From: Octopus bimaculoides
Lineage: Eukaryota
Reading direction: 5' to 3'
DNA: 41,866 bases
Assembly (NCBI RefSeq): GCF_001194135.2
Contig: NC_068983.1
Span: forward strand, 76,837,359-76,879,224
Each line of letters opens with the position of its first letter. Within the stretch, counting starts at the first letter, position 1. Below, one piece after another: positions 1 to 12,366 of the stretch. The notes under the pieces are model-generated. The model worked only from the letters and a program-made list of their open reading frames with translations. It was not told the DNA's origin and ran no database searches. The position numbers and the translations under genes were made by a program.

Positions 1-236
1 GGCTCCTCTTCGCCAGACGAAGATACATTATTCGGCATCTTTCCAGCAATTACTGTTCCCCCATAGGGGAAACACACGATAGTTTTCAAACGAAGACTAT
101 CACACAATAGTTATGACAAGAACACACAAAAACAATTAATGGAAACTTGCACTTACTGTACAGACGCACTCAAATAACTAGTAACAATCCAATCTCACGG
201 AGTCGCTACACCGCTAAGCACCTCAACCGGTGTCAC

Positions 237-298
237 ACAGACGAAATACCGCTAAGCATATCGCCCGGCGTGCTAAAGTTTCTGACACCTTGCACCTT
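237..298 (-). mobile_element. tRNA-derived SINE, family B, 5' fragment
   Basis: acagacgaaataccgctaagcatatcgcccggcgtgctaa matches the head portion of the copies at 324-528 and 1495-1679. Confidence 0.75.
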
Positions 299-323
299 AA
301 AACAAGGATAAATATTCTTTTGC

Positions 324-528
324 TCTAGGCACAAGGCTCCTAAATTTTGGGGAGGGGGCCAGTCGATTAGAACGACTCCAGTACGCAGCTGTTACATAAT
401 TTATTGAATCCGAATGGATGGAACGCAAAGTTGACCTCAGTGGAATTTGAACTGAGCACGTAAAGACAGACGAAATTCTGTTAAGCATTCCACCCGGCGT
501 GCGAACGTTCCAGCCAGCTCGCCACCTT
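324..528 (-). mobile_element. tRNA-derived SINE, family B, near full length
   Basis: Collinear with the copies at 1495-1679 and 33347-33546 (ctaggcacaagg...ggaatttgaact...cccggcgtgc...gccacctt). The reverse strand carries a B-box-like gttcaaattcc. Confidence 0.85.
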
Positions 529-1494
529 AAAGAAGACATGATATGATGCAAGAATGATTGATTTCAGCCTTTGTAGCCAGTATACACTGGATAGAGCAAA
601 TACGTGACCTGGGCAAAGGAAGGGGATATCAAGAATGCCAAGGTAAAGTTACTGTGCAAAAGACTGATACAATGTGATGAGGACATTGAACAAAGAAAGC
701 CGGATATAGGGAATATAATTGAAGAGGGAAAAAAACCCTGTTTAAATATGTATGTCTTTGCCCTCGTCTTGAGACACTATTGGAAACGGAAAAAGAGAAG
801 GTCGGATATGGTAAGTTTAAGCGAAGATCTAACAAGAACAAAATGGATTGAAGGGATGGGTGTTATAGTGAAGTCAGAGCAGGTACAGAAAACATTATCG
901 CTTGGAAATGGGTTATTCCATAGAAGAGTTCATGAAACTTGAATAAAGATTATTACCCAGGTTTACTTGTTGTGAAGTGATGATACATTGAGCAGTATCA
1001 AGATCTGTATTAAATTCCAACAACTATTTCCATAGTCATCTAACCAAAACTATTCCTGTATCATAAACAAAATCAGCGACAAAGAATTACCATGCACTAG
1101 ATAAATGAATTACTATTTGCAAAATGTAAGTATCTAAAATTAGGAATTTATGAAATGTAGCAGCTAATGAATGTAAGAAAATTAAATTGATGAAAATTAC
1201 ATATTAGAATAAATTATTTTTTCTCATATGTATTTCATTTTAATTTGGAACGACAATTGACATTTACATGTGTTGGTAGATATATTTGTTTAAGTAGCTA
1301 TACACGTACACGCTCGAAATGCATGTATGTCGAAGTACTCATACTTCCATATTACGTATGTGCTCCATGTACACCTACGTACACAAGCCATACATATAAT
1401 TACACATGTATATATGTATTCATATATATATACATATGTGTCTGTGCTAACGATACTGCCACCTCGTCGTCTTACAAAAGTATTCCTTTCAACC

Positions 1495-1679
1495 CTAGGC
1501 ACAAGGACTGAAATTTCTTGGAAGGGGGCCACAACGCAACTAGTACTAAATTTAATGACCCCGAAAGGATGAAAGGCAAAGTCGAAATCGGTGGAATTTT
1601 ATCTCAGAACGTAAAGACAAACGAAATAACTCCAAGCATTTCGCCCGGCGTGCTAACGTTTCTGTTAGCTCGCGGCCTT
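1495..1679 (-). mobile_element. tRNA-derived SINE, family B, with internal deletion
   Basis: ctaggcacaaggactgaaattt...gaccccgaaaggatgaaaggcaaagtcga...tcgcccggcgtgctaacgtttctg; same family as 324-528. Confidence 0.85.
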
Positions 1680-1871
1680 AAAGTTGTAAATGAGACAGCA
1701 AAATTGTTTTTCAAATGGACTGGAATCCTATTACAAAATAAATAAACAACTTTGATTGCAGTAGAATGGTCATTAAATAGTTTGAAATCAAGCTTATGCT
1801 GAGTGAAAAATTCCACATTAAGCCAAAAAAAAAAAAACCATCTGAAAAATCTATCAGTATTAATACATTTA

Positions 1872-2241
1872 CAGTTGGCACTACGTCGCTTACGGCATCG
1901 AGGGTTCCAGTTGATCCGATCAACGGAACAGCCTGCTCGTGAAATTAACGTGCAAGTGGCTGAGGACACCACAGACACGTGTACCCTTAACGTAGTTCTC
2001 GGGGGATACTCAGCGTGACAAGGCTGGCCCTTTGAATTACATGTACAGCAGAAACAGAAAGTAAGAGTGAGAGAAACTTGTGGTAAAAGAGTACGGCAGG
2101 ATTCGCCACCATCCCCTGCCGGAGCCTCGTGGGGCTTTAGGTATTTTCGCTCAATACACACTCACAACGCCCGGTCTGGGAATCGAAACCACGATCCTAT
2201 GACCGCGAGTACGCTGTCCTAACCACTGGACCATTCTGCCC
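1872..2241 (-). mobile_element. tRNA-derived SINE, family C, near full length
   Basis: The reverse strand begins ggggcagaatggtccagtggttagg (A-box-like), followed by ggtttcgattccc (B-box-like). The body (ttgatccgatcaacggaacagcctgctcgtgaaattaacgtgcaagtggc) recurs at 23665-23880. Confidence 0.85.
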
Positions 2242-2818
2242 CACATTGATACCTTAGAACTAGTCTAATTTATCATTGGTTAATTTGTGACTTTACCTAA
2301 TTCGTCACTTTCAATTTACCCCTAGGGACGATTATTTAGGCGCATTCTACTGTACATTTTTTTAAGATTAATTTATTTCATTTAATTTTTTTAAATAGAG
2401 CTTTTTCGANNNNNNNNNNNNNNNNNNNNNNNNNNNNNNNNNNNNNNNNNNNNNNNNNNNNNNNNNNNNNNNNNNNNNNNNNNNNNNNNNNNNNNNNNNN
2501 NNNNNNNNNNNNNNNNNNNNNNNNNNNNNNNNNNNNNNNNNNNNNNNNNNNNNNNNNNNNNNNNNNNNNNNNNNNNNNNNNNNNNNNNNNNNNNNNNNNN
2601 NNNNNNNNNNNNNNNNNNNNNNNNNNNNNNNNNNNNNNNNNNNNNNNNNNNNNNNNNNNNNNNNNNNNNNNNNNNNNNNNNNNNNNNNNNNNNNNNNNNN
2701 NNNNNNNNNNNNNNNNNNNNNNNNNNNNNNNNNNNNNNNNNNNNNNNNNNNNNNNNNNNNNNNNNNNNNNNNNNNNNNNNNNNNNNNNNNNNNNNNNNNN
2801 NNNNNNNNNNNNNNNNNN

Positions 2819-2942
2819 CCAATCACAGGGCTTTGGTCGGCCCGAGGCTATAGTAGAAGACACTTGCCCGAGGTGCCACGCAGTAGGACTGCACCCGGAA
2901 CTATGTGGCTGGTAAGCAAGCTATTTACCACACAGTCACTCG
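2819..2942 (-). mobile_element. tRNA-derived SINE, family A, 5' part (remainder runs into N gap)
   Basis: Reverse complement of the head of the full copy at 11568-11968 (ggctttggtcggcccgaggctatagtagaagacactt). Confidence 0.85.
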
Positions 2943-3072
2943 TAAATTGTAAATTGTTATTCTCGGCTGCAATATTTTGAGTACTGTGCAATTTTAATTA
3001 AAAATATTTTAAAGTTTCATTTAGGGGTGAGCAATTAAGCAAATTCTACAGTAGAAATCTCTTGAAATTAAT

Positions 3073-3502
3073 TTAATCATCAATGTACTTTCCCTGATTA
3101 TCTATGACTTCCTTCCATCTATTTACAATCTTTTTAATCCAATCAATGTAAAATTCTTTTGGTTTCAAAGCGAAAAACTCTGAACTGTAAGTTTCGACCT
3201 CCTCCTGGCTTGCGAAACTAATGTCCCCCAAATAATTCTGTAAATTACGAAACAAATGGTAGTCTAAAGGAGCAAAGTCGGGAAAATAGGGTGGATGAGG
3301 AACCTTTTCCCAACCAATCTCTTCCAGGTTAGAAAGGGTTTTAATCAAAGAAATTTTAATTCTTTTATTCTGTAAAATAATATTTAATTAGTTTACACAA
3401 ATGGCTAAAAATAATTTTTAATTCAATTAGACATTCTGAAATACTATTAAATTTCATTCAACTTTAATAAGGTAAAATCGGACAGAACTTATGAGATAAC
3501 CT

Positions 3503-3506
<4 letters not shown>
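3073..3506 (-). mobile_element. Mariner deletion derivative: TIR plus C-terminal transposase fragment
   Basis: ORF 3073-3348 contains HPPYFPDFAPLDYHLF (mariner YSPDLAP-D motif region) and RWKEVIDNQGKYIDD. The terminus aacttatgagataacctggTA at 3487-3506 matches aacttatggggtgacctgaTA at 36304-36324. Confidence 0.9.
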
Positions 3507-3537
<31 letters not shown>

Positions 3538-3538
3538 G

Positions 3539-3710
3539 ATAATTATTAAAGTTATAATTATGTGTATCTAAAAGATACCATCATGCTAGATATTTTCCAC
3601 CAACAGAATGTGTGGCCTTTATTTCCCACCAGTCTGTGATTTAAGCGTCAAGTTTTGACTGCTATATCTAGCATGATGGTATCCTCAATTATAATCTTAA
3701 TAATAATTAT
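3539..3710. repeat. MITE-like palindromic element
   Basis: Perfect 20-bp inverted repeat gataccatcatgctagatat (3574-3593) / atatctagcatgatggtatc (3664-3683), plus imperfect AT-rich outer arms. Confidence 0.65.
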
Positions 3711-4359
3711 TACCTATGAGGTTTTTATTCCCATGCTAGCCACTTAATATGATTGATATTTTAAATTACAAACGTATCCTTATATATATATATATATATA
3801 TNNNNNNNNNNNNNNNNNNNNNNNNNNNNNNNNNNNNNNNNNNNNNNNNNNNNNNNNNNNNNNNNNNNNNNNNNNNNNNNNNNNNNNNNNNNNNNNNNNN
3901 NNNNNNNNNNNNNNNNNNNNNNNNNNNNNNNNNNNNNNNNNNNNNNNNNNNNNNNNNNNNNNNNNNNNNNNNNNNNNNNNNNNNNNNNNNNNNNNNNNNN
4001 NNNNNNNNNNNNNNNNNNNNNNNNNNNNNNNNNNNNNNNNNNNNNNNNNNNNNNNNNNNNNNNNNNNNNNNNNNNNNNNNNNNNNNNNNNNNNNNNNNNN
4101 NNNNNNNNNNNNNNNNNNNNNNNNNNNNNNNNNNNNNNNNNNNNNNNNNNNNNNNNNNNNNNNNNNNNNNNNNNNNNNNNNNNNNNNNNNNNNNNNNNNN
4201 NNNNNNNNNNNNNNNNNNNNNNNNNNNNNNNNNNNNNNNNNNNNNNNNNNNNNNNNNNNNNNNNNNNNNNNNNNNNNNNNNNNNNNNNNNNNNNNNNNNN
4301 NNNNNNNNNNNNNNNNNNNNNNNNNNNNNNNNNNNNNNNNNNNNNNNNNNNNNNNNNNN

Positions 4360-4390
<31 letters not shown>

Positions 4391-4392
4391 TA

Positions 4393-4442
4393 TATGAGTT
4401 GGTTGCCTATGAGTTTGTTTCCATATGAGTTTGTTGCCTATG
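4393..4442 (+). repeat. Short tandem repeat, three copies of a 15-16 bp unit
   Basis: tatgagttggttgcc / tatgagtttgtttcca / tatgagtttgttgcc. Confidence 0.8.
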
Positions 4443-5741
4443 CGTGTGTGTTTCGTATATGCAATGTGCTGGCGTCTCAGGTAAAGACATGTGTCAGTAT
4501 AGGACAATAATACACATTTTATGCCCTGAGTGAAAACGTAAGTTTCACTAAATTTCATAAGTGTTTTCATTTTGCCTATTTCACTTGATCTCCGCTGTTT
4601 TTCGTTCGGCACTCTTTTACTATAATCTTAAATAATTTTGTTATTTGTATATTACGATACCACTATTTTTGTTAGAGATACCTTTTTCTATTGTGAATGA
4701 TACTAGTTAGTTACGAACTGTGTAGGAGTTTCATGTATTTACCTAAATTTAATTATAATAATTTAGACATATCTCTATATGTAAAACAACTCTACAACGA
4801 TTGCTTACTTAGGTACGAAGGTCAATGTTAGAATTTGGGACGTATCTTATTGCATTGACCTTTCTGGTTTGCTTGTTCTGATATTAATGAGCCGGAAGAA
4901 ATGAGGCAAAATATCATTTGTAACAGAATTTGAAGTCAGAAGTGATTAGGAAATCAAACTCTGCCATGTTTTTAGTATGTTAGTTAACTACTTAAACAGA
5001 CTCCTCAACAACCACTACTACAACAGAAAATCCCCACATAGAGTTAACAATACACTTTCCATTCTACTAACAAGCTATACGAAATTATATATGTTTAATA
5101 GATATAGAACAAAAAACTATATTGATTTCTAATATTGGTTAAAAGGCCACACATTCTGTTGGTGGAGAAACTTAATCTAATTAATCCCAATAATTGGTTG
5201 CTGCTTATTGGTCATATATTCTCCTGATTAGGAAAAGTAAAAAGAAACTGAATTCAACCTGATAAGATATGAGATCAGGGGGTATAACTATTTAAAAGGT
5301 GAATGTAATATTTACCACCCATCTGGAATGTCATTCATTTCTTTTGAAATATACTTTGAATATTACCATTGTCTTTATGAATACACACACTATATGTATT
5401 CATAAAGACTGTTATTTATGCATGATTACATGTAAATAGAGCTTAGTACAATGTTCATTAGGTAGCGGATAAAGAAGTACACATTAATGGACATGTGTGT
5501 GCACATTTGCACACACAAACCTATATACATAATCATAAATACGAGTGTATGTGTGTGTCTGTGAGTGAGTGGGTGTTAGTGTGTGTTTGTGCATGTGAAT
5601 GTATGTATGCATGTATACACACTCACATACACACACACATATATGATAAAATAATTACTTTCCAATCATTTGTTCTTAGTTTCAGACCAACAGCGTGGCA
5701 CTGCAGGGGCAAGTACTGTCTCTTATAACACTGGACCGATG

Positions 5742-5780
<39 letters not shown>

Positions 5781-6979
5781 ATAAAATCTCCTGCGAGTGA
5801 ACATGGGATCCCTTCACGACAACGTAAACTTCTTTTGATTAAGGTGTATTACCCGATGCAGATTATCTCCTGTATGGATAATTACTACTTCCAAGGTTCT
5901 AATCGATATGAAACATATGAAGTCTGGATTTTGTCTTCTCCATTCCCTAATTTTAGATTTCTATTCGCATACAAAAGAATCCCTGCTGCTAACCGTAAGC
6001 TACAAAAACAAAAACAAAACAAAACAAAACAAAAAAAAACAAAATATTTTCAGTTTATCGAACTTCAATACGGGAAAAATTTACAACCTTCTATATCAAT
6101 GAACCACTATTGTTCCTGAACATATTTATTTATACTTTCTACGGACTGTTCGAAGCTTACTATTCCCCTACACTTTGTTCCTCGGGTCTTACCTTTACAC
6201 AGACATACACACACATACACATACACACATGCATATTTATGTATGTATGTGTGTGTGTGTGTGTGTGTGTTCGTTGTGTGTATATAGACGCATGTATATT
6301 TATATAAATATATATATATTTATACACATGCATACATTAATACATACATAAAAGCATATGCATATATATATATATATATATAAGCATAGACACACACACA
6401 TACACACACATTTATATATATATATATATATACATATATATAACAAATTCATATAGCATATAAACTTAGATTTGTATCATTTCATGTTTAGCACCGCGAG
6501 TAGGAATTGATGTCCTTTTTCTTAAATAGATTAATATAAATAACGCAAGCACACATACAGACACCATACAGAATCACACATATTGTGTATATGATTGTGA
6601 TAAATGGAGTAAATATTGGGGTTATTTATAGAAGTGTCCCTATTATATTCGTTTCTCCATTCTTTCGTAAGAGTTAATTATATCAGTCTTTCACAACGCC
6701 ACACTGAACTAATATACACGTAATTGCTATAGTGCCCTCAATTCACATCAGTTTGATCTTTTATAAAGCTTGACCAAATTCAGTCTCATCACGAAGGGTT
6801 AATATATAGAACTGAAATTTTCTCAAATAATATTGACAAAGAGTGAGCAGATAATGTATGAGAGAGAGAGGTCAGAGCGTTATTGAGAGTTTCAGAGTGT
6901 TGCATATTACGTTTCTATTCATTAGAAATAGATATAGTGTTCGACAGACAAATATGTAGTTAGATAGATAAATTAAGAT

Positions 6980-7090
6980 AGAGAGAGAGAGAGGGAGAGA
7001 GAGAGAGAGAGAAAGAGGGAAAGAGAGAGAGAGAGAGGGAGAGAGAGAGAGAAATAGGGAGAGAAAGAGAGAGAGAGGGGGGAGAGAGAG
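6980..7090 (+). repeat. (GA)n polypurine microsatellite
   Basis: Directly visible. Confidence 0.95.
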
Positions 7091-8002
7091 GCAAAATGAA
7101 AGCCAAACAAATCGTAATATTATTATTCAAGAGAAAATTCTTTTATTAAGCGACAACATAATTACGCGCATCCTCTTGCAAATATCTTCTGTAATCAATT
7201 TCCTTTCACTGTTAATTATTCTCTCTATAAGGCACTTGCTAACTTATTCATTTAGTCATCAAATTACATAAAATTGTCTTAAATTGATTAATTCTAGAGA
7301 ATTTAAGTTATTATATATAGTTCTATGGTTATTTTTGCTACTTAAGCCAAGCAGTGTTGAATGACAATGAAAGAGAATTAAGATATTGTAGAAGTGAATA
7401 TGTATGCCAGATTTCATTTCCTGGCTTCAGGTATTGCTTAATTTGTGTTTTCTAAAAGGGACATTAACTCACGTCCATCTGAATATACAGCTTACACTGG
7501 CATATCAACATAGTTGCATGTATATTAAGCAAGGGAACAGGTTCAGCAATATTGTCATGTTCATAAAGACCTAAATTTGATTACACGCAAGCGCTCACGG
7601 ACACAAATAGAAAGCATACACACGCATATACCATAATGTTGCGCATGTATATTCCTATATGCACACATGTAACAAATTGATTTTATTTCATCAAATAACC
7701 AAACAGCACTGCAATCTATTCTTGCAGTGTCGTATGTTGAAATGTGCGCGCGTGTGTATGCACACGCGGAACCTTAACACACAAAAATGGTCGGTAACCG
7801 GAGCCATAGAAGAAAATATTTGAGCACGGCACCAATCGGCGTGACTGAACCTAAAACCAATTGGTTAAGAAAGTAGCTTCTTAGACACAATCTTTAGACA
7901 AAACCGGTACTTGTGCCTCCAAACTCCCCACCTTTCTTTAACGAGGTATTTTAGTCAATCGGTGTGTTGTTTGGACGTCACGGTTGGGTCGGTATCTTAT
8001 TT

Positions 8003-8770
8003 TGCAGTTCATATTTGTATTTGCAAATATTCTTCAGGTTTTTATGCTCTTATATTGACTGGTGTGTATGAACTGACATGTACTATACCGACGATCATTG
8101 CATTCAGATACAATAAATGAATCAGCATTTTTACTAATGTCAAACTTTGTCGTCGTTAATAATTTCTTTAAGTTTTTCGGCTGTCTTTTACTTAGAATAA
8201 TAGCTCGATTTGTGATTATAACCATTAATACATTGATTTGATCAATGATCGGCAAGTTTGCTTTGGCAACCTAAAGATATTTTGGTAACGCAGATTGTGT
8301 GTCACTATAAATGGTGTGACCTTTTCTTCCTTTCCTCTCTTTTGGGTTGCCCTAGTTTGTTGTATGAGTATATCTGTAGCATGCTGTGTACAATTTTCTA
8401 TAAGTAGACAAGTATTTTTATTTCAGTAGAAATTCTTTGAGTTCTGTTAGGCATTTTTCCCTGGTATTCACATCTACCACAATGGTACAGATTTTCTGGC
8501 TAGGTAGCATGGGATATTGCGTTTTGTATATGGTAGATGACATGGTTTCTCTTTGAGGTAGTGATGCGTGCTTCTGTTTATAATATATATGAGTGTCACT
8601 TTGAATTACCATTATATCTAGAAACGGTAATTTGGTACTACTGATCTCGTTTGTGAATTGGCGAGTTGCGGGAAGATTGTTTAGGAGGATATTAAGTTCT
8701 TGCAGAGCATCACAAGATTTTGTTCAGGTATCAATTCCAGGGATGTTCAATATACCTTTTAAAAGTTGTG
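8003..8770 (-). mobile_element. Penelope-like retroelement fragment (RT C-terminus through pre-GIY-YIG linker), decayed
   Basis: With frameshifts, the reverse strand reads KRYIE..TKSCDALQELNILLNNLPATRQFTNEISSTKLPFLDIMVI..IYYK, ICTIVVDVNTREKCLTELKEFLLK, ILSKRQPKNLKKLLT, CNDRRYSTCQFI and NTNMNCK. These match PLE RT motifs (LPFLD, DIYYKPT) and the Cys knuckle preceding GIY-YIG. Confidence 0.85.
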
Positions 8771-9141
8771 TTTATATATATATNNNNNNNNNNNNNNNNN
8801 NNNNNNNNNNNNNNNNNNNNNNNNNNNNNNNNNNNNNNTATATAATGCTAGTTGCTAGCGGGTACTTACTACAGTGTTTTTCAAATTTGATATGCATTAG
8901 ATTTTCAATATTTGACATGAATAATAAAACAGGAACGTAAAGACTGTATTAATTTTATTTGTAATAACATATTTCTGGCACAGCTTCATAACAAGGTGTT
9001 AGCAGTTTGCATATTTCATTTGCGATATCGTATTTCTTGTATTATTCTATTCAATTACTTTGATAGCTTCGAAAAAGTGGTATGTTGATATAATAACATG
9101 CATCGTTCGTGATTTGCCTATACTGTTTTTTGTACTTGCAG

Positions 9142-9660
9142 ATGAGATACTGTCATGCTTATTGGAAATTACGTAACAGTTCTTAAACAGTTTTGTACAT
9201 TATTCTCATTTTACATTGTTGTGTGTATATGAAAATTGAGTTGATTTATCATTGCAGATATTCAATAGGGAATCATTTTCTTCGTTTTTGCTTTAGTGTT
9301 GCATGTCTACTTCGCCATTTTCTTATCGATTTTATCGATTTTTTTGGGTGGCGGGTAAGTGAATATGTTGTATCGTTAACAAAGTTTTAGGATCTAAAAC
9401 GCTACTAATGGAAAGGAATTCGAAATTCGGAATGACGGATTGCTGACTTAGAAAGCACATAAACTATCCATATGTCACAGACATTGCATGCAGGCAACTC
9501 CTTGTCTTTTTAAAAGACGCCTAAATCAACACATTAGTTCAGATATTCAAAAAGGGGCAGGGACTGTATATGGGTCGGCATTCAGTACTGTTTCTCTTTA
9601 TTGCGTTTTCCCAGAAACACAAGTTGCCGAAAGTACCACGTAGTAGAATCGATCCTGAAA
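9142..9660 (+). CDS. Candidate cluster of short exons (9142-9172, 9258 or 9269-9354, 9615-9660) of an unidentified spliced gene
   Basis: Pyrimidine-rich acceptors (ttttgtacttgcag; tcattgcag; tttattgcgttttcccag) and donors (gtaaca, gtaagt, gtatgt), with phase-compatible open frames. No protein family is recognised with confidence. Confidence 0.3.
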
Positions 9661-11113
9661 GTATGTGATTATAATGCAAAACTTTCAGTTGCACATCTCT
9701 GGCTTTCCTATTTTTCAGAAAATATTTTTGAATCTCTTTTCGATTTAGAAATGTTTCACATGATCATTTATATTGTAATTATAGAAGCTATCTTCCCAAT
9801 CAAGGCAGAAACACCCACGAACGTACATTAATTTTAAAATTAAGTACACATTAAACAGATAAGAACATAATTAAGCAAAATCCTTATAAAACAACTTTAT
9901 ATCATAAATCAGGCGATGTCTAGAATATTTGTTTATGAGTAATCTTAAATTTGACAAATTTTTCGTCTCTTCTAAAACAAAAAGTAAAATTTTATATGCA
10001 TCTACATTGAAACGTTTATTCGGTCGTACTGTTCTTTTGGCTAAAACATGTTATTTTTTCTAAATATCATCGACTATGTAGATAGGTATGTCTTAAGGTA
10101 AAGTGTTCACTTTATGGCCATGTTTGGATTCCATCCAAATACATTGTAGTTGCACGGCCTTCCTCTATCATAGTCTGTAGTTGAACCATATTTTCTATGT
10201 GGTCAGATGAGTATAAAATCTTTAGTCTATATTAAACCGTGATATTATGCGTTCCAAATTTACCGGTAACTTTAATGTTATGCTGAGCACACAGCAGGTA
10301 TATTAATGAACGATGAGTATATGTGCGCCCTCGTGATTTTTTGTGAAACTAGCTAAATATTCTTGCTGCACGGTACGAAAAGCAACCGACGTTTTAAATT
10401 TATGTAGATATAAAAGATTTTGAAATTTTATACAATATTTATAGAAATGGAAGAGTCATGTATGACATTCTAAAATCTATGGAAAAAGATTAAATAAGAA
10501 TATCTCTATCTGATATATCCGCTCTAAATGGCTGAATTGTGACAAGTAGTTGCTGACCTAGTTGTTTGTATTTGCTGCTTACCTGCAATCAAGCTGATAC
10601 TGTAATCAAACCAGTCAGCCACTTCCAGCTTCAGAATTAAGCATCTAAGATTACATTATAACATGAACACGCACTCTCACACACGTGCGCGCACGCGCAC
10701 ACACACACAAACACTCAATCATGTACGCGCACACACATATGTATAATGTTTAAGTTGGTAGGGTGGTAATTTGAAGGGAACTTCAGTTCTATGTATAGCA
10801 GATTCACCAATCACACACAGTTCCCCAGATAAAGATCAGTCATTAACAGATATAGCCGATATTTATCAATGGATATGGAGTGAAACATCGGTTATGATAT
10901 AGTTTATTTGTGTTTGTAAGTAGTAAATTTGGCAGACATAGACTATTTTCTTTAATATATACTGTATCGAGATCAAACAGATAAACATAATCTGTATATA
11001 TTGGCTTAAGCAGGAAATAAATAGTTTGTAATGATAAATGTTGTGCGAAATATATTTCGCTAGGGAATTTTATTGAATTTCTATGGATTAATTATACTTA
11101 CTAATGTTCAAAG

Positions 11114-11253
11114 CTACAAGTATAAATTGCCACAACATGAAAAATTGCCAAATTACTACCAAAACGTTCTGCGGAGAATATACGGGGAATTTAGACCTCC
11201 TATAAATTGTCGTTTGATCTTGAATTCCTCACAACCAAACATATTTGTAAAAG
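11114..11253 (+). CDS. Candidate internal exon, phase 2 to 1
   Basis: ag|...AAAG|gtaaac; open frame YKYKLPQHEKLPNYYQNVLRRIYGEFRPPINCRLILNSSQPNIFVK; weak acceptor. Confidence 0.2.
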
Positions 11254-11567
11254 GTAAACCGTTGGTTGTATTGATCTTATGAACATTGACAAATGTGGAA
11301 TATATGGGAGTATAGGTATTTTGTTTGGGGCTAAAATGTGCTCAAACACAAAAAAAACAACTTGCTCATATATCAATTGAAAAAGGCACTATGATATCAA
11401 AAATATTATAAGTCATAATATATAGTATTTTAATGTTGGTATCACGGTACTTGATAATATGAGTTCCTGTCCTGTGCAGAATACATATAATACGCTCCAC
11501 ATATTATGCACTTAGCAAATACATACTCGTTCATACCAAATTAAAGACCCCTATACTACTATGCCTT

Positions 11568-11968
11568 GGCTGTGTCGTAAGTAGCCTGCTTACCAACTAC
11601 ATGGTACCGGGTTCAGTCTCACTGCGTGGCATCTTCGGGAAGTGTCTTCTACTATAGCCTCGGGCCGACCAAAGCCTTGTGAGTGGATTTGGTAGACGGA
11701 AACTGGAAGAAGCCTGTCGTATATATGTATATATATATGTATGTGAGTATGTGTTTGTATGTCTGTGTTTGTCCCCCCAACATCGCTTGACAACCGATGC
11801 TGGTGTGTTTATATGCCCGTAACTTAGCGGTTCGGCAAAAGAGATCGATAGAATAAGTACTAGGCTTCGAAAGAATAAGTCCTGGAGTCGATTTGCTCGA
11901 CTAAAGGCGGTACTCCAGCATGGCCACAGTCAAAAGACTGAAACAAGTAAAAGAGTAAAAGAGTAAAA
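11568..11968 (+). mobile_element. tRNA-derived SINE, family A, full length (resembles my recollection of the Octopus OK/OR-type SINEs)
   Basis: tRNA-like head (ggctgtgtcgtaagtagc...gggttcagtc), internal (TA/TG)n tract, and 3' tail with repeated gtaaaaga units. Confidence 0.9.
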
Positions 11969-12366
11969 CAATAATACATCTTTATTGAAAGTGGATTGAA
12001 AGAAGTTTTAGTGTTGAAAAGAAAATTTCATGAGGTATGCACCTAATGACGTGAGTTTGCATTTCGTCGATGGTGGGAAATTTTTAACTAAATACTAAAA
12101 TTGTCTCCTGAAAGTCGTTTACAATAGTATTTGTGACTCAATATATATATATGTATATATTCTGGAAGACATTCATTGGTATTTAAGCAGTGTGAACACT
12201 AAGTGTTGAAGCATAGATACCGAAGAACAGACCTTAGCTGTCACAAAATATCCAACTTAAACCAGTTGGATAGCATTATCATCGATTACTGCCGCATAAA
12301 TACCTATACACTACCGCCAAAACCAATTCTTCAATTTTTTTCTCTCTTTTACGTAACATTGTCATA

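Noticed and set aside
604-942. 112-aa ORF as a gene
   Set aside because: GTG start and no recognisable domain. Only a good donor (ATG|gtaagt at 810) is notable; 774-810 is open in all three frames and so uninformative.
2165-2241. tRNA gene
   Set aside because: tRNA-like head of a SINE continuous with the SINE body; no complete cloverleaf
8038-8120. Plus-strand terminal exon GFYALILTGVYELTCTIPTIIAFRYNK
   Set aside because: Antisense reading of the Penelope fragment
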